Origin: a bacterium
Lineage (GTDB): Bacteria; J088; JAWLBW01
Reading direction: 5' to 3'
Assembly: GCA_041690355.1 (NCBI GenBank)
Contig: JAWLHK010000001.1
Span: 310,001 to 361,375 of the forward strand
Length of the DNA stretch: 51,375 bases
In this document: piece by piece, positions 30,005 through 39,242 of the stretch
How the letters are laid out: each line of letters opens with the position of its first letter
How positions within the stretch are numbered: position 1 is the first letter of the stretch
Made by a program: the position numbers and the translations under genes
Notes under the pieces: generated by a model
What the model saw: the letters and a program-made list of their open reading frames with translations, nothing else
The model's database searches: none
Told to the model about the DNA's origin: nothing

Positions 30005-30733
30005 TCAGAATCCGCCGCCGAACTCGAGCATGAGCACGCCGTTGATGCCGGACAGGTCGGCGTTCGTCATCCCGACGATATCGACGCCGGTCACGGCACG
30101 GTAGCTCACGCCCCCGAGCAGGCGCATGAAGGACGTGATGTTCAGTTCGGCGCTGATCTCAGGTTCGATCACCCAGATACTCGTTGAAATATCCTGAATG
30201 AAGTCGTTATCGATCGGAGAGTAGCCCACGCCGCCGGACGCAAACAGACTGCCCAAGGTCATGTGCACGACCTTCTCGGGCCAGAAGATGTACTGCAGAT
30301 ACACGCCGCCGTACCCGAGAAATACTTTATCGTACAGCGTCTGCAGCGCGGGAACGGGAACCGAAATCTCGCTGCTCAGACCCATGCCGCCGCCACCCAG
30401 GACGAAGTGCTGGTCAATCAGCCAGCCCCCGCGCCCCCCCACGAGAACCGCCGTTTCACCGAGCACCTGGCCAAAGCGGAGCGTCGGGCCGCCGAAACCG
30501 CCGTGCTTGATGTCACCGGAGACCAGCGTCTGAATGGGGCGCTCTTCCTGCTGCGCGGATTCCTGTTTCCGTTCCGCCGGCGGCTGCTCGGCGACGGCCG
30601 GTGCAGCCTTCTCTTCCACGGCCGAGGAGGTTGCGGGTGTGGATGCGGGGGCCGTCACCGCTTCCTGGGCGTGGAGCGGGGACGCGAGCAGGGATAGGAG
30701 GAGAAGAGCCGGAGCGATAGCCGGGCGGAGCAT
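30005..30733 (-). CDS. Hypothetical exported, probable outer-membrane beta-barrel protein
   Basis: Signal peptide from ATG 30733 (MLRPAIAPALLLLSLLASPLHA), Gly/aromatic alternating strands (HGGFGGP, GGRGGWLID) and a terminal Phe. Confidence 0.75.
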   Translation of the reverse strand: MLRPAIAPALLLLSLLASPLHAQEAVTAPASTPATSSAVEEKAAPAVAEQPPAERKQESAQQEERPIQTLVSGDIKHGGFGGPTLRFGQVLGETAVLVGGRGGWLIDQHFVLGGGGMGLSSEISVPVPALQTLYDKVFLGYGGVYLQYIFWPEKVVHMTLGSLFASGGVGYSPIDNDFIQDISTSIWVIEPEISAELNITSFMRLLGGVSYRAVTGVDIVGMTNADLSGINGVLMLEFGGGF

Positions 30734-30843
30734 GCAAGCCTCTTTCGTGATTCGGCAGAAAGGATTTTTCATTGTACCAAGCAGAAAGCTCCGCCGGTCA
30801 TCCGACCCGGCCGGCAATCCGATCCGGAAGGCGATTCGGACGT

Positions 30844-31656
30844 CTATTCTTCGGTTCGCTTCAGACGGCGGGCGGCACCGCGGGCCACCGCGTGGGTCAC
30901 GGCCGGAATCAGACGGTGCGTGAGCGACGCCATCCGGGCGTGGCCGGTGACGAGGATCGTCGGCTCGTTGCGCGAAACCCCGCGCAGCGTCTGGCGGGCG
31001 GCTTCTTCGGGCGAAATGGCGACGCGGAAGGCGGGCTCGGTGTATTCGGCGTCGACCGTGACGCGCTTGCTGTCGGTCAGGATGGCCGTGTTCACGAATC
31101 CGGGACAGATGGCGCTTACCCGCACCCCGCGCCCGGCCACCTCGGCCCGCAGCGATACTGAGAGCCCGACCACGGCGTGCTTGCTCATGCTGTAGGCGGC
31201 GAGCGAAGGCGAGGGGATCAGGCCGGCGAGGCTGGCTGTATTGACGATGTGCCCGTCGCGCTGGCGCAGCATGACGGGCAGCGCGGCATGCACGCCGTGC
31301 ACGACCCCGCGGATGTTGACGTCGATCGTGCGGTTCCAGTCCTCGAGCGAGAAGTCCTCGGCCGGCCCGACGACGGCGATCCCCGCATTGTTGAAGAGAT
31401 AATCCAGCCTGCCCCGGGCGGCGGCGGTTTCTTCGACCAGCGAGCGGAATTCTTCGGCGTCGGTCACGTCCAGGAAACTCGATTCGGCGGAACCGCCGGC
31501 GCTCCGGATGGCCGCGGCGACCTTCTCGGCCTCTTCGAACTGAATGTCGGCGAGAACGACGTGGGCCCCTTTTTTCGCGAGCTGCTCGGCCAGTGCCTTG
31601 CCGATGCCCGAGGCGGCGCCGGTAACGATTGCGGTTTTTCCCTTGAACTTCGCCAT
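30844..31656 (-). CDS. Short-chain dehydrogenase/reductase
   Basis: From ATG 31656: TGAASGIG, FNNAGI, NTAS, YSMSK (YxxxK), CPGFVNT. Confidence 0.93.
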   Translation of the reverse strand: MAKFKGKTAIVTGAASGIGKALAEQLAKKGAHVVLADIQFEEAEKVAAAIRSAGGSAESSFLDVTDAEEFRSLVEETAAARGRLDYLFNNAGIAVVGPAEDFSLEDWNRTIDVNIRGVVHGVHAALPVMLRQRDGHIVNTASLAGLIPSPSLAAYSMSKHAVVGLSVSLRAEVAGRGVRVSAICPGFVNTAILTDSKRVTVDAEYTEPAFRVAISPEEAARQTLRGVSRNEPTILVTGHARMASLTHRLIPAVTHAVARGAARRLKRTEE

Positions 31657-31670
31657 CGTGTTCCCCCCGG

Positions 31671-32423
31671 TCAGAACCGCCACTGGACGCCGACCTGTGA
31701 AGGACCGGCGACGACGGACCAGGTAACCTCCGGATCGCGCCGCAGACCGGCAACCGCCGGATTGTAGCGGGCACGATAGGTCTCCCAGGCATCTTCGGCG
31801 CCGGTCGGCGTGAACACCGTGCGCGGCGTCCCGAAGAGGATGGTCGTAGCCAGCTTGATGCCGGCCGAGGAAGGCTGATCGTAGACCCACCACATGACGG
31901 CGCCGGCGGCGACCCCGACGGCAGCCCCCTGAACGTACTGGAACCAGTGGTGCGACTCGGCTTCTTTGGCCGCCGTGTCCATGAGCACCGTTTCGGCAAC
32001 GGCGAGCTTCTGCTCGTCGGTCCAATCGGTGCGCGCGAAGGCCCGGTCGACCTGGGCGGCCGTGCCCCCTTTGGGCGCGGGAACGATGAGCATGCCGATG
32101 ACCCCCAGCGCCGAGGTCACGCCGCCGACGAGCGCGTCGTTGCGCACACGCTGGTCGGGCGTGGCCACGTAGAGCACCCCCTGCCCGATGGTGCCGATGG
32201 CGTAGATGCTCGTGAATCCCCACCACCAGTAGGCAGCGTAGCGGTCGCGTGCCTCGAGTTCACTGCGGATGAAGCTCAGCCGTGTCTTCACGTCGTCGAC
32301 CGGACTGGTCACGGCGGCAGACGGGAGCAGCGACAGCGGAGCAGTCACGGGAGCAGGGCTTTCGTCGGCGAAAGCGGGGGCGGCGACAGAGAGCAGGAGG
32401 GCCAGGGCGATGTAAATGCGCAT
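31671..32423 (-). CDS. Hypothetical exported/membrane protein
   Basis: Signal peptide MRIYIALALLLSVAAPAFA, internal hydrophobic helices, C-terminal VQWRF. Promoter TTGCCG-17-TATAAT ends 6 nt before the ATG. Confidence 0.75.
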   Translation of the reverse strand: MRIYIALALLLSVAAPAFADESPAPVTAPLSLLPSAAVTSPVDDVKTRLSFIRSELEARDRYAAYWWWGFTSIYAIGTIGQGVLYVATPDQRVRNDALVGGVTSALGVIGMLIVPAPKGGTAAQVDRAFARTDWTDEQKLAVAETVLMDTAAKEAESHHWFQYVQGAAVGVAAGAVMWWVYDQPSSAGIKLATTILFGTPRTVFTPTGAEDAWETYRARYNPAVAGLRRDPEVTWSVVAGPSQVGVQWRF

Positions 32424-32945
32424 CGGAGGATTATAGACGGCGAGGAGCAAGTCGGCAAACCGCTCGCTGCGGGCAATCTGCCATGGACGGGGCATTCACC
32501 GGCAGCAGCATGGGTACAGCCTGAGTCTATCGCAGGCCGGCCGTATGCCTGCGAAGGAACAAGACTCTGCGGATAGCGGCCTTGGCGCTCCCCGCGCACG
32601 GGCCCGAGGTCGCGCGTCTGGTGCGGCACGTCGACAGCCGCGATGCGGACATGCGGGCGCCGCCCGGCGAGCAACTGATGACCGGCAGGTTTCGAAACTG
32701 CTTCATGACGTCTCTTCTCCTCGGGCCCATCCCCAGCATGCAGCATACGCCTCGGCACGAGGGACGGAAATGACATCCGTCAGGTCAGGCGGGAGAGAAC
32801 GAAGGGCGGAACCGGTTTTCGGGCAAACAAACACTGTTTGAACCCATTTTCCCGGGACAACGGACGTGGTATAGTAGGCTCTCGCGGGCGCTTCGCGGCC
32901 TGACGGCACTGGTGCGTCCGCGTTCCGCATCCCGGAGGAACCCCT

Positions 32946-34061
32946 TTGTCTTTCCGTATCGTCCCGTGGGCGGTCGCCCTGCCGCTCTGTTTCGCCTGCT
33001 CCGCCGATCCCGAACCCGCGGCGTTCGTGCCTGCCACCGGCGCCTGCACGACGGCCGCGACGGCCGACGCCCCCGTCGGTGAGGCCGGCCCCTACCACGC
33101 AGGATACCGTACCTTTCCCCTGACCTATACCCTGCCGGGGACCGAGCAGCCGCGCACCGTCACGGTCAACGTCTGGTATCCCACGCAGACCGAGCCGGCC
33201 GAGGGTACCCGCTACCTCGACTTCTGGCGCGACCGCGATGTCGCCGTCGACGCGCCCCCCGCAGCTCCGCTCGACGGCTGCGGCTATCCGGTGCTCGTCT
33301 ACTCGCACGGGCATATGGGCTTCGCCGGCACGGGGGCACACCTCGGACGCTACTTCGCGTCGCACGGCTGGGTGACGATCGCGCCTGACCACACCGACAA
33401 CACGCTCTACGACACCGACGATCCGCGCCCGACCCGGGTGTACTATGCCCGCTCGTTCGACCTTTCGCGGGCGCTCGACGCCGTGCGCGACCTTCCGGCC
33501 GGCGACCCGCTTCACGGGCGGATCGCGGCCGACCGGGTGGTCATGGCCGGACACAGCTTCGGCACCTTCACGGCCTGGGCGAGCGCCGGCGCCGCTTTCG
33601 ACGTCGACGCCCTGCGCGCCGACTGTCCGGCCCCGTCCGGGGTGTGCGCCGAGGCCGACCTCGCTGTCTTCGAGGATGGATTGGGCGATGATCGCATCGT
33701 CGCCGCCGTCCCGATGGCCGGGTCCTATCAGCGCGCGTGGTTCGGCGACGGTTATGCATCCGTTGCGATCCCCATCCTGCAGATGACCGGCGGCAACGAC
33801 CCGGTGGGGGCCGCGGAGGCCTGGGACTGGATGCGCGGCATCGACCTGACGTGGGTCGAGATTGCCGACGCCTGCCATGAATCGTTCGCCATGGGGGTCT
33901 GCGACACGCTCGACGTCACCGAAGGATTCCGCATCGTCGACACCTACGCGCTCGCCTTCGCCCGCTACCACCTGCTCGGCGACCGCGACGCCGCCGTTGC
34001 CGGCATCGTCGCCGGCACCACTTCTGTTTCTCCTCTCGTAACGTATCGGAGCTTGCCATGA
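32946..34061 (+). CDS. Alpha/beta hydrolase lipoprotein (chlorophyllase/PAF-acetylhydrolase-like)
   Basis: GGAGG RBS and TTG start, lipoprotein-like CFA-C, VWYP, YSHG, FASHGW, nucleophile elbow GHSFG, GGNDP, CHESF. Confidence 0.85.
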   Translation: MSFRIVPWAVALPLCFACSADPEPAAFVPATGACTTAATADAPVGEAGPYHAGYRTFPLTYTLPGTEQPRTVTVNVWYPTQTEPAEGTRYLDFWRDRDVAVDAPPAAPLDGCGYPVLVYSHGHMGFAGTGAHLGRYFASHGWVTIAPDHTDNTLYDTDDPRPTRVYYARSFDLSRALDAVRDLPAGDPLHGRIAADRVVMAGHSFGTFTAWASAGAAFDVDALRADCPAPSGVCAEADLAVFEDGLGDDRIVAAVPMAGSYQRAWFGDGYASVAIPILQMTGGNDPVGAAEAWDWMRGIDLTWVEIADACHESFAMGVCDTLDVTEGFRIVDTYALAFARYHLLGDRDAAVAGIVAGTTSVSPLVTYRSLP

Positions 34062-35680
34062 GGTATCCCCTCCTGACGGCCCTCTGCATCGCCCTGGCTG
34101 CGGGCGCGTGCACGACGCCGGAACCCGAGCCGCGCATCGATCTCGAGGCCGTGCCCCTCGATCCGGCCCCGGCCACCCTGCACCGGCTGTCACAGCAGCA
34201 GTACCGCAACAGCATCCGCGACCTGTTCGGGGCCGACATCGTGATTCCGTCGGCGCTCGAACCCGACGTCTCGGTCGACGGGCTCATCGCGCTCGGCGGG
34301 GCCAACGCGACGATCTCGCCGCTCGGCGTCGAGCGTTACGAATCGGCTGCCCTGAAGGTCGCCTCGCAGGCCGTTGCGACGCCCGCGCGCCGGGCGGCGC
34401 TCATTCCGTGCAAGCCGAAGGAGACCGCCGACGCCGCCTGCTTCGAACAGGTGATCACGACCCTGGGCCGGCGTGTCTGGCGGCGGCCGCTCGCCACCGA
34501 AGAAATCGATTCCCTCGTCGGGGTCGCCACGGCGGCGGCGCAACAGTTCAGTTCCTTCATGCGCGGCGTCGAGTTCGCGGTGGCCGCGCTGCTGCAATCG
34601 CCCAACTTCCTCTTCCGCGTCGAGCTGGGCGAGCCGGATCCCGAACATCCGGGCGCGCTGCGCTACACCGGGTACGAGATGGCCTCACGCCTCGCCTTCT
34701 TTCTCACGAACACGACTCCTGACGACGAGCTGCTCGCCGCGGCCGAGTCGGGTGCGCTCGGAGGTGATGCCGGCGTCCGCGAACAGGCCCGGCGCCTGCT
34801 CGAGACACCCGGGGCGCGTGAAGCGGTGCGGAATTTCTTTACGGAACTCTACGAGCTCTACGAGCTCGATCACCTCATGAAGGACACGATGGTGCACACC
34901 TTCATGGACAAGGAGCTCGGGCCCGCCGCGCGCGAAGAGACGCTGCGGCTCATCGAGGATATCGTCTTCGAGCAGGACGCCGATTTCCGCACCTTCTTCA
35001 CTTCGCAGCGTACGTTCGTGGACCGCCGACTGGCGGCGCTCTACGGCATTCCGGCCCCGGTCACCGACGGTTTCGGCGCCGTGACCCTGCCGCGCACTCT
35101 CGGGCGGCGCGGATTTCTGGGGCACGCGAGCTTTCTTGCCAACCAGTCGCATCCGGTCGACAGCTCGGCTGTCCTCCGCGGTAAATTCGTGCGTGTGGTC
35201 CTGCTCTGCGGCGAAATCCCCCCGCCCCCTTCGGAGCTGAATACGGGAATTCCCGAGCCGAGTGACGACGCGCCCACATTGCGCGAGCGCTCGACGATTC
35301 ACCAGCAGGACCCGAACTGCGCGGCCTGCCATCGCAACATGGACCCCATCGGCCTGGGGCTCGAAAACTTCGACGCCCTGGGCAAGTGGCGCACGCACGA
35401 CAACGGCGCGCTCATCGACGCGAGCGGCGACCTTGACGGCGCGCGCTTCGGCAGCGCCTGGGATCTGGGCGGGGCCATCGCGAGTCATCCCCAGGTCGGC
35501 TACTGCCTCGCGCGCAATCTGCTCCGCTACGCGACGGGGCACGTAGAAGAGTACGGCCAGTTCGAGTTCCTCATCGCCCTCGGCAAGGCATTCGAGCAAT
35601 CCGGTTTCCGGATAAGAAACCTTCTGGTGGACGTGGCTGCGAGCCGCGCTTTTCGCCATGCGGGAATGGTGAGCGAATGA
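34058..35680 (+). CDS. DUF1592/DUF1588-type (PSD/PSCyt3) cytochrome c-like lipoprotein
   Basis: Lipobox AGA-C, LHRLSQQQYRNSIRDL, LLQSPNFLFRVE, EMASRLAFFL...PDDELL, RRGFLG, LRGKFV, heme motif CAACH...MDPIGLGLENFDALGKWR. Confidence 0.88.
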   Translation: MRYPLLTALCIALAAGACTTPEPEPRIDLEAVPLDPAPATLHRLSQQQYRNSIRDLFGADIVIPSALEPDVSVDGLIALGGANATISPLGVERYESAALKVASQAVATPARRAALIPCKPKETADAACFEQVITTLGRRVWRRPLATEEIDSLVGVATAAAQQFSSFMRGVEFAVAALLQSPNFLFRVELGEPDPEHPGALRYTGYEMASRLAFFLTNTTPDDELLAAAESGALGGDAGVREQARRLLETPGAREAVRNFFTELYELYELDHLMKDTMVHTFMDKELGPAAREETLRLIEDIVFEQDADFRTFFTSQRTFVDRRLAALYGIPAPVTDGFGAVTLPRTLGRRGFLGHASFLANQSHPVDSSAVLRGKFVRVVLLCGEIPPPPSELNTGIPEPSDDAPTLRERSTIHQQDPNCAACHRNMDPIGLGLENFDALGKWRTHDNGALIDASGDLDGARFGSAWDLGGAIASHPQVGYCLARNLLRYATGHVEEYGQFEFLIALGKAFEQSGFRIRNLLVDVAASRAFRHAGMVSE

Positions 35681-36999
35681 AAAAGTTCAAGATCAGCCGG
35701 CGCATGCTCCTGCGCGGCGCACTCGGCGGCGCCGCCGTCACCATCGGCCTACCCTGGCTCGAGATCTTCTCTGACCGCCACTACGCCTCGGCCCTGGGCA
35801 CCGGAATGCCCAAGCGGTTCGGCCTGTTCTTCTGGGGTAACGGCGTGCTTCCGCTCAAGTGGAACCCGACCGGCACGGGAACGGATTGGACGCTGTCAGA
35901 GCAGCTGGCCGCGCTGGCGCCGGTCAAGGACCTCGTCACGGTCGTCAGCGGCATGGCCCTCAAGATCCAGAATCTCGAGCCGCACACGGCCGGCGCCGCG
36001 GGAATTCTCTCCGGAGCGCCGCTTTATCTGCAAGGCGAGCACCGCACGTTCACGTCGCCGAGCATCGACCAGGTCATCGCGGCCGAAGTGGGCGGCTACT
36101 CCCGATTCCGCTCGCTGGAATTCGGCGCGGCCCCCGGCGACGGCCAATCGTACAACGGACCCGATAACCGGAACCCGCCGGAGAGCTCTCCGCGCGCGCT
36201 CTTCGATCGCATCTTCGGCGGCGGCTTCAGCCTGCCGGGCGAGGGGGGCGGCCCCGATCCGGTGCTCGGCGTGCGTCGCAGCGTGCTGGACGCCGTCGCG
36301 GCCGACGCCGCGCGGCTCAACAAGCGGCTCGGGCAGACGGATAAGGAGCGTCTCGACCAGCACCTGACGGGCATCCGCGAACTTGAACGGCGCATCGCCT
36401 ACATCGAGGCCAACCCCCCCGATCTCGAAGCGTGCGCCATCCCCACGGCCCCGCAGGAGGATTATCCCGAGATCAACGGGCGGCCGCAGCTCGCGGCGAA
36501 GAACCGGGCCATGGTCGACGTCATGGCCATGGCGCTCGCCTGCGACCAGACGCGGGTCTTCAGCAATTTCTTCACGTACTCGGTGAACAACCTGCTGTTT
36601 CCCGACGCGCCGTCGGGGCATCACCAGCTCACCCACGACGAACCGGGGGCGCAGCCCGAGGTGAACAAGATCGTCAAGCAGATCGTCGCCGAGTTCGGCT
36701 ACATGGTCGAGAAGTTCGCATCGATTCCCGAAGGGGATGGGACGCTGCTCGACAACTGCATCATTCTCGGAACGACCGATTGTTCCTTCGGGCGCACGCA
36801 CTCCTTCGACGACTATCCGATCCTGCTCGCCGGTTCGGCGGGGGGCGTCCTCAAGCAGGGAATTCACTATCGTTCGCCGTCGGGTGAAAACGCGAGCAAG
36901 GTGCTGCTCAGCATCGTGCGCGCCATGGACGTGCTGGCCGCCGACTTCGGCAAGGAAGAGGGGCTGGTCACCGACGGGCTCTCGGACATCGAGGTGTAA
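35677..36999 (+). CDS. DUF1552 (HXXSHH-family) protein
   Basis: ISRRMLLRG...IGLPWLE, SIDQVIA, RSVLDAV, LG.TDKERLDQHLTGIRELERR, ALACDQTRV, HHQLTH, EGDGTLLDN; the usual partner of the upstream gene. Confidence 0.9.
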   Translation: MKKFKISRRMLLRGALGGAAVTIGLPWLEIFSDRHYASALGTGMPKRFGLFFWGNGVLPLKWNPTGTGTDWTLSEQLAALAPVKDLVTVVSGMALKIQNLEPHTAGAAGILSGAPLYLQGEHRTFTSPSIDQVIAAEVGGYSRFRSLEFGAAPGDGQSYNGPDNRNPPESSPRALFDRIFGGGFSLPGEGGGPDPVLGVRRSVLDAVAADAARLNKRLGQTDKERLDQHLTGIRELERRIAYIEANPPDLEACAIPTAPQEDYPEINGRPQLAAKNRAMVDVMAMALACDQTRVFSNFFTYSVNNLLFPDAPSGHHQLTHDEPGAQPEVNKIVKQIVAEFGYMVEKFASIPEGDGTLLDNCIILGTTDCSFGRTHSFDDYPILLAGSAGGVLKQGIHYRSPSGENASKVLLSIVRAMDVLAADFGKEEGLVTDGLSDIEV

Positions 37000-37001
37000 C
37001 G

Positions 37002-37871
37002 ATGCGCCCGCTGCACACTGCGCTGTTCGGACTGGTCCTCATGGCCGCGGCCTGCGCCGGAGATGAGGATGCCGAGCAGCCGATCGATCTGGAAGCGTGC
37101 GGCGCAAGCTGCGGCGGTCAGACGTTCGTCATCGACGAGTTCTCGTTTGCCGGGCCCGATGCGGACGGCCATGTTCCCGGCTGGGACCTCGACGGCATGA
37201 ACAGCGCGAAGGACGATGCGGATGGATGCCGCACGGGCGATTTCACGGGCCCCGACGGGCAGACGGGCGTCGACAATCAGATCGCCAACCTGATCCCCGC
37301 GCTCACCGACGAGATTCGCGAAGCCCTCCCCCTGCTCATCCGCAACGCCATCAACGAGGGCGGCCTGCTGATTCTGCCCGAACTCGTCGGTCTGGACGAT
37401 TGGAAGAACGATTCGCTGGTCGGGGTGGCCATGCGCCGCGGCGCCGGAACGCCGATGCTCGGTACCGACGACCGCATGCTCCCGTCGCAGACCTTCGAGC
37501 TCGACCGGCCCTACTGGATCGGCGGCGAGCCAGAGGCTGAGATCGTGAATCGCCGGCTCGTCGGCGGACCCTTCGACATGGACCTGAAGATCGTCGTCTT
37601 CGGCATCACCTACTACCTGACGCTCGTCGAGGCGCGCATGGATCTGACCCTGGCGCCGGACGGCGCGAGTTTCGAGGGGTACATCGGCGGCTCGGTGCAT
37701 GTGAACGACATTCACGGCATCGCCGACACGATTGTCGTTCCCGAGCTCGGCCAGCTCGTGAAGGTTCTCGTGCCCCCCATGGCCGACATCCGTTCAGCCG
37801 ACTCGGGCGAATGCGATCGCATTTCGGCGGCCGCCAAAGTACACGGAATCCGGGCCTACGTGTTTCCATGA
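37002..37871 (+). CDS. Hypothetical lipoprotein
   Basis: Lipobox AAA-C, acidic GWDLDG...GVDNQ segment, several Cys; GAGG RBS; starts just after the upstream stop. Confidence 0.8.
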   Translation: MRPLHTALFGLVLMAAACAGDEDAEQPIDLEACGASCGGQTFVIDEFSFAGPDADGHVPGWDLDGMNSAKDDADGCRTGDFTGPDGQTGVDNQIANLIPALTDEIREALPLLIRNAINEGGLLILPELVGLDDWKNDSLVGVAMRRGAGTPMLGTDDRMLPSQTFELDRPYWIGGEPEAEIVNRRLVGGPFDMDLKIVVFGITYYLTLVEARMDLTLAPDGASFEGYIGGSVHVNDIHGIADTIVVPELGQLVKVLVPPMADIRSADSGECDRISAAAKVHGIRAYVFP

Positions 37872-37942
37872 GGAATCAGTGACCGGTCTTCCGTTTCCAG
37901 CGTTGTCCCCGGATGAAAGCTGAGCATGACTCAGGCTGTTTC

Positions 37943-38329
37943 TTATCTCTCCGGCGGCAACTGATCCGTCTGGCGGGCATCGGGGGGGAGCCAGGAGTCA
38001 CGGCCTGAAGTCGAGCGGCCGGTCGTGGGGGGCGCCGACGTCTCCTCGCTCGGCAAAGCCTCGCGCCCGCGCGCATCCCTGCGTTCCTGGGCCGTGTCTT
38101 CACTGGCGCGGTACGCACGCGCACGGGGAAACCGCTCGCTGCGCAGGAGCAGGCCGATGCCGGCCGCGATGATCGGGGCGGCCAGCATGAAGGCGAAAAT
38201 GACGACGGCGAAATTTTCCCAGAGGCTGTCCCACGGACTCGGGATCATCATGACGGCGATCATGGCCGCGGCCACGCCCACGGCGGCGCCGACGACGATT
38301 CCCCCCCAGAATTTGCTTGCGTTCTTCAC
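37943..38329 (-). CDS. Small hypothetical two-TM membrane protein
   Basis: GGGAGG RBS before the GTG, two hydrophobic helices, TATGAT box upstream. Confidence 0.65.
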   Translation of the reverse strand: MKNASKFWGGIVVGAAVGVAAAMIAVMMIPSPWDSLWENFAVVIFAFMLAAPIIAAGIGLLLRSERFPRARAYRASEDTAQERRDARGREALPSEETSAPPTTGRSTSGRDSWLPPDARQTDQLPPER

Positions 38330-38461
38330 CTCGGCCTCCCTGTGAGACCGATCATACTCGCGCCCGGGGCCGCGTTCGACAGTGAGGGGGAACGCAGCCG
38401 CAATTCCTCGTGGACGGCGGAAATCCCGCAGAAGCGGATGCGCCCCTGTGCACCCGCGGGG

Positions 38462-39076
38462 TCAGCGCTGCGGCACGCCGCGGGGTACGGCCGAGCGGCG
38501 CAAGAGCGTTTCCAGATTCTGCCAGACGCTCTCGCCCGAAATGAGCTCAGGGCCGATGACCCCCTGCTGGAGCACCATCGAGACGCCGCGCAGCATGCCG
38601 ATCACCGTCCACACAAGCGTTTCGGGGGCGAGGTCGGCGCCGACGTCGCCCCGCTCCTGTGCCTCGACCAGGCAGTGGCGAACGAAGGCGAACTGCCGCA
38701 GGACGATGGCGCGCATGCGGTCGGCCCCTTCCTGTCCCGCCGCCTCGGCGAGCCGGTCGGTGAACGCGAGCTGAAAGATGGCGGGATGCTCGCGCAGCAG
38801 GGCAAGGCGGCCGATGAAGAAGGTGCGCAGCCGCGCCAGCGGATCTGGATCAGCCGGGGGGAAGCCCGCGAACAGCAGGGCCTCGAAGGAGTCGATGGCC
38901 GCCTGGACGATGGCTTCCTTGTTGGGGAAGTGGCGGAAGATCGTACCGTCGGAGATCCCGACCCGCGCGGCGATTTCGGCCGCCGTGAGGCGGTGAACCC
39001 CCTGCTCGTTCAGAATGGCGAGGGCCGCGTCGACGATCTGCTGCCGGCGCGCCGATCCGGACTGGCGTTTCTCCAT
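38462..39076 (-). CDS. TetR/AcrR-family transcriptional regulator
   Basis: RRQQIVDAALAIL...LTAAEIAARVGISDGTIFRHFPNKEAI; divergent from the RND operon. Confidence 0.94.
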   Translation of the reverse strand: MEKRQSGSARRQQIVDAALAILNEQGVHRLTAAEIAARVGISDGTIFRHFPNKEAIVQAAIDSFEALLFAGFPPADPDPLARLRTFFIGRLALLREHPAIFQLAFTDRLAEAAGQEGADRMRAIVLRQFAFVRHCLVEAQERGDVGADLAPETLVWTVIGMLRGVSMVLQQGVIGPELISGESVWQNLETLLRRSAVPRGVPQR

Positions 39077-39081
39077 GCCTC

Positions 39082-39110
39082 ACCGTAGCAAGTATGTACT
39101 CGCTTGTCAA
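39082..39110 (-). promoter_or_regulatory. tetR-family gene promoter containing operator 1
   Basis: TTGACA-17-TACGGT; the spacer holds the palindrome GCAAGTA-TG-TACTCGC (39088-39103). Confidence 0.75.
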
Positions 39111-39160
39111 TGCACCAGAGCCGGGAGGGCAGGCCCGAGACGTATACCTTGTAAAAACGG

Positions 39161-39209
39161 TTGACGGGCATGTTTCCCCCTGCTACTTTGTAAGCAAGTA
39201 CTTACTTGC
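39161..39209 (+). promoter_or_regulatory. RND operon promoter followed by operator 2
   Basis: TTGACG-17-TACTTT (39161-39189), then the perfect inverted repeat GCAAGTA-CT-TACTTGC (39194-39209). Confidence 0.75.
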
Positions 39210-39242
39210 GATAGTCTTTCTTTTTCACCGAGGGTGCTCCCC

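Noticed and set aside
30734..31999. N-terminal extension making a 664-aa ORF (30005-31999)
   Set aside because: It overlaps the SDR and its neighbour out of frame; the protein-like sequence begins at the signal peptide at 30733.
32821..32860. GGGCAAAC resembling a c-di-GMP-I riboswitch
   Set aside because: No GAAA-capped P2 stem and no following GACGCAAAGC segment.
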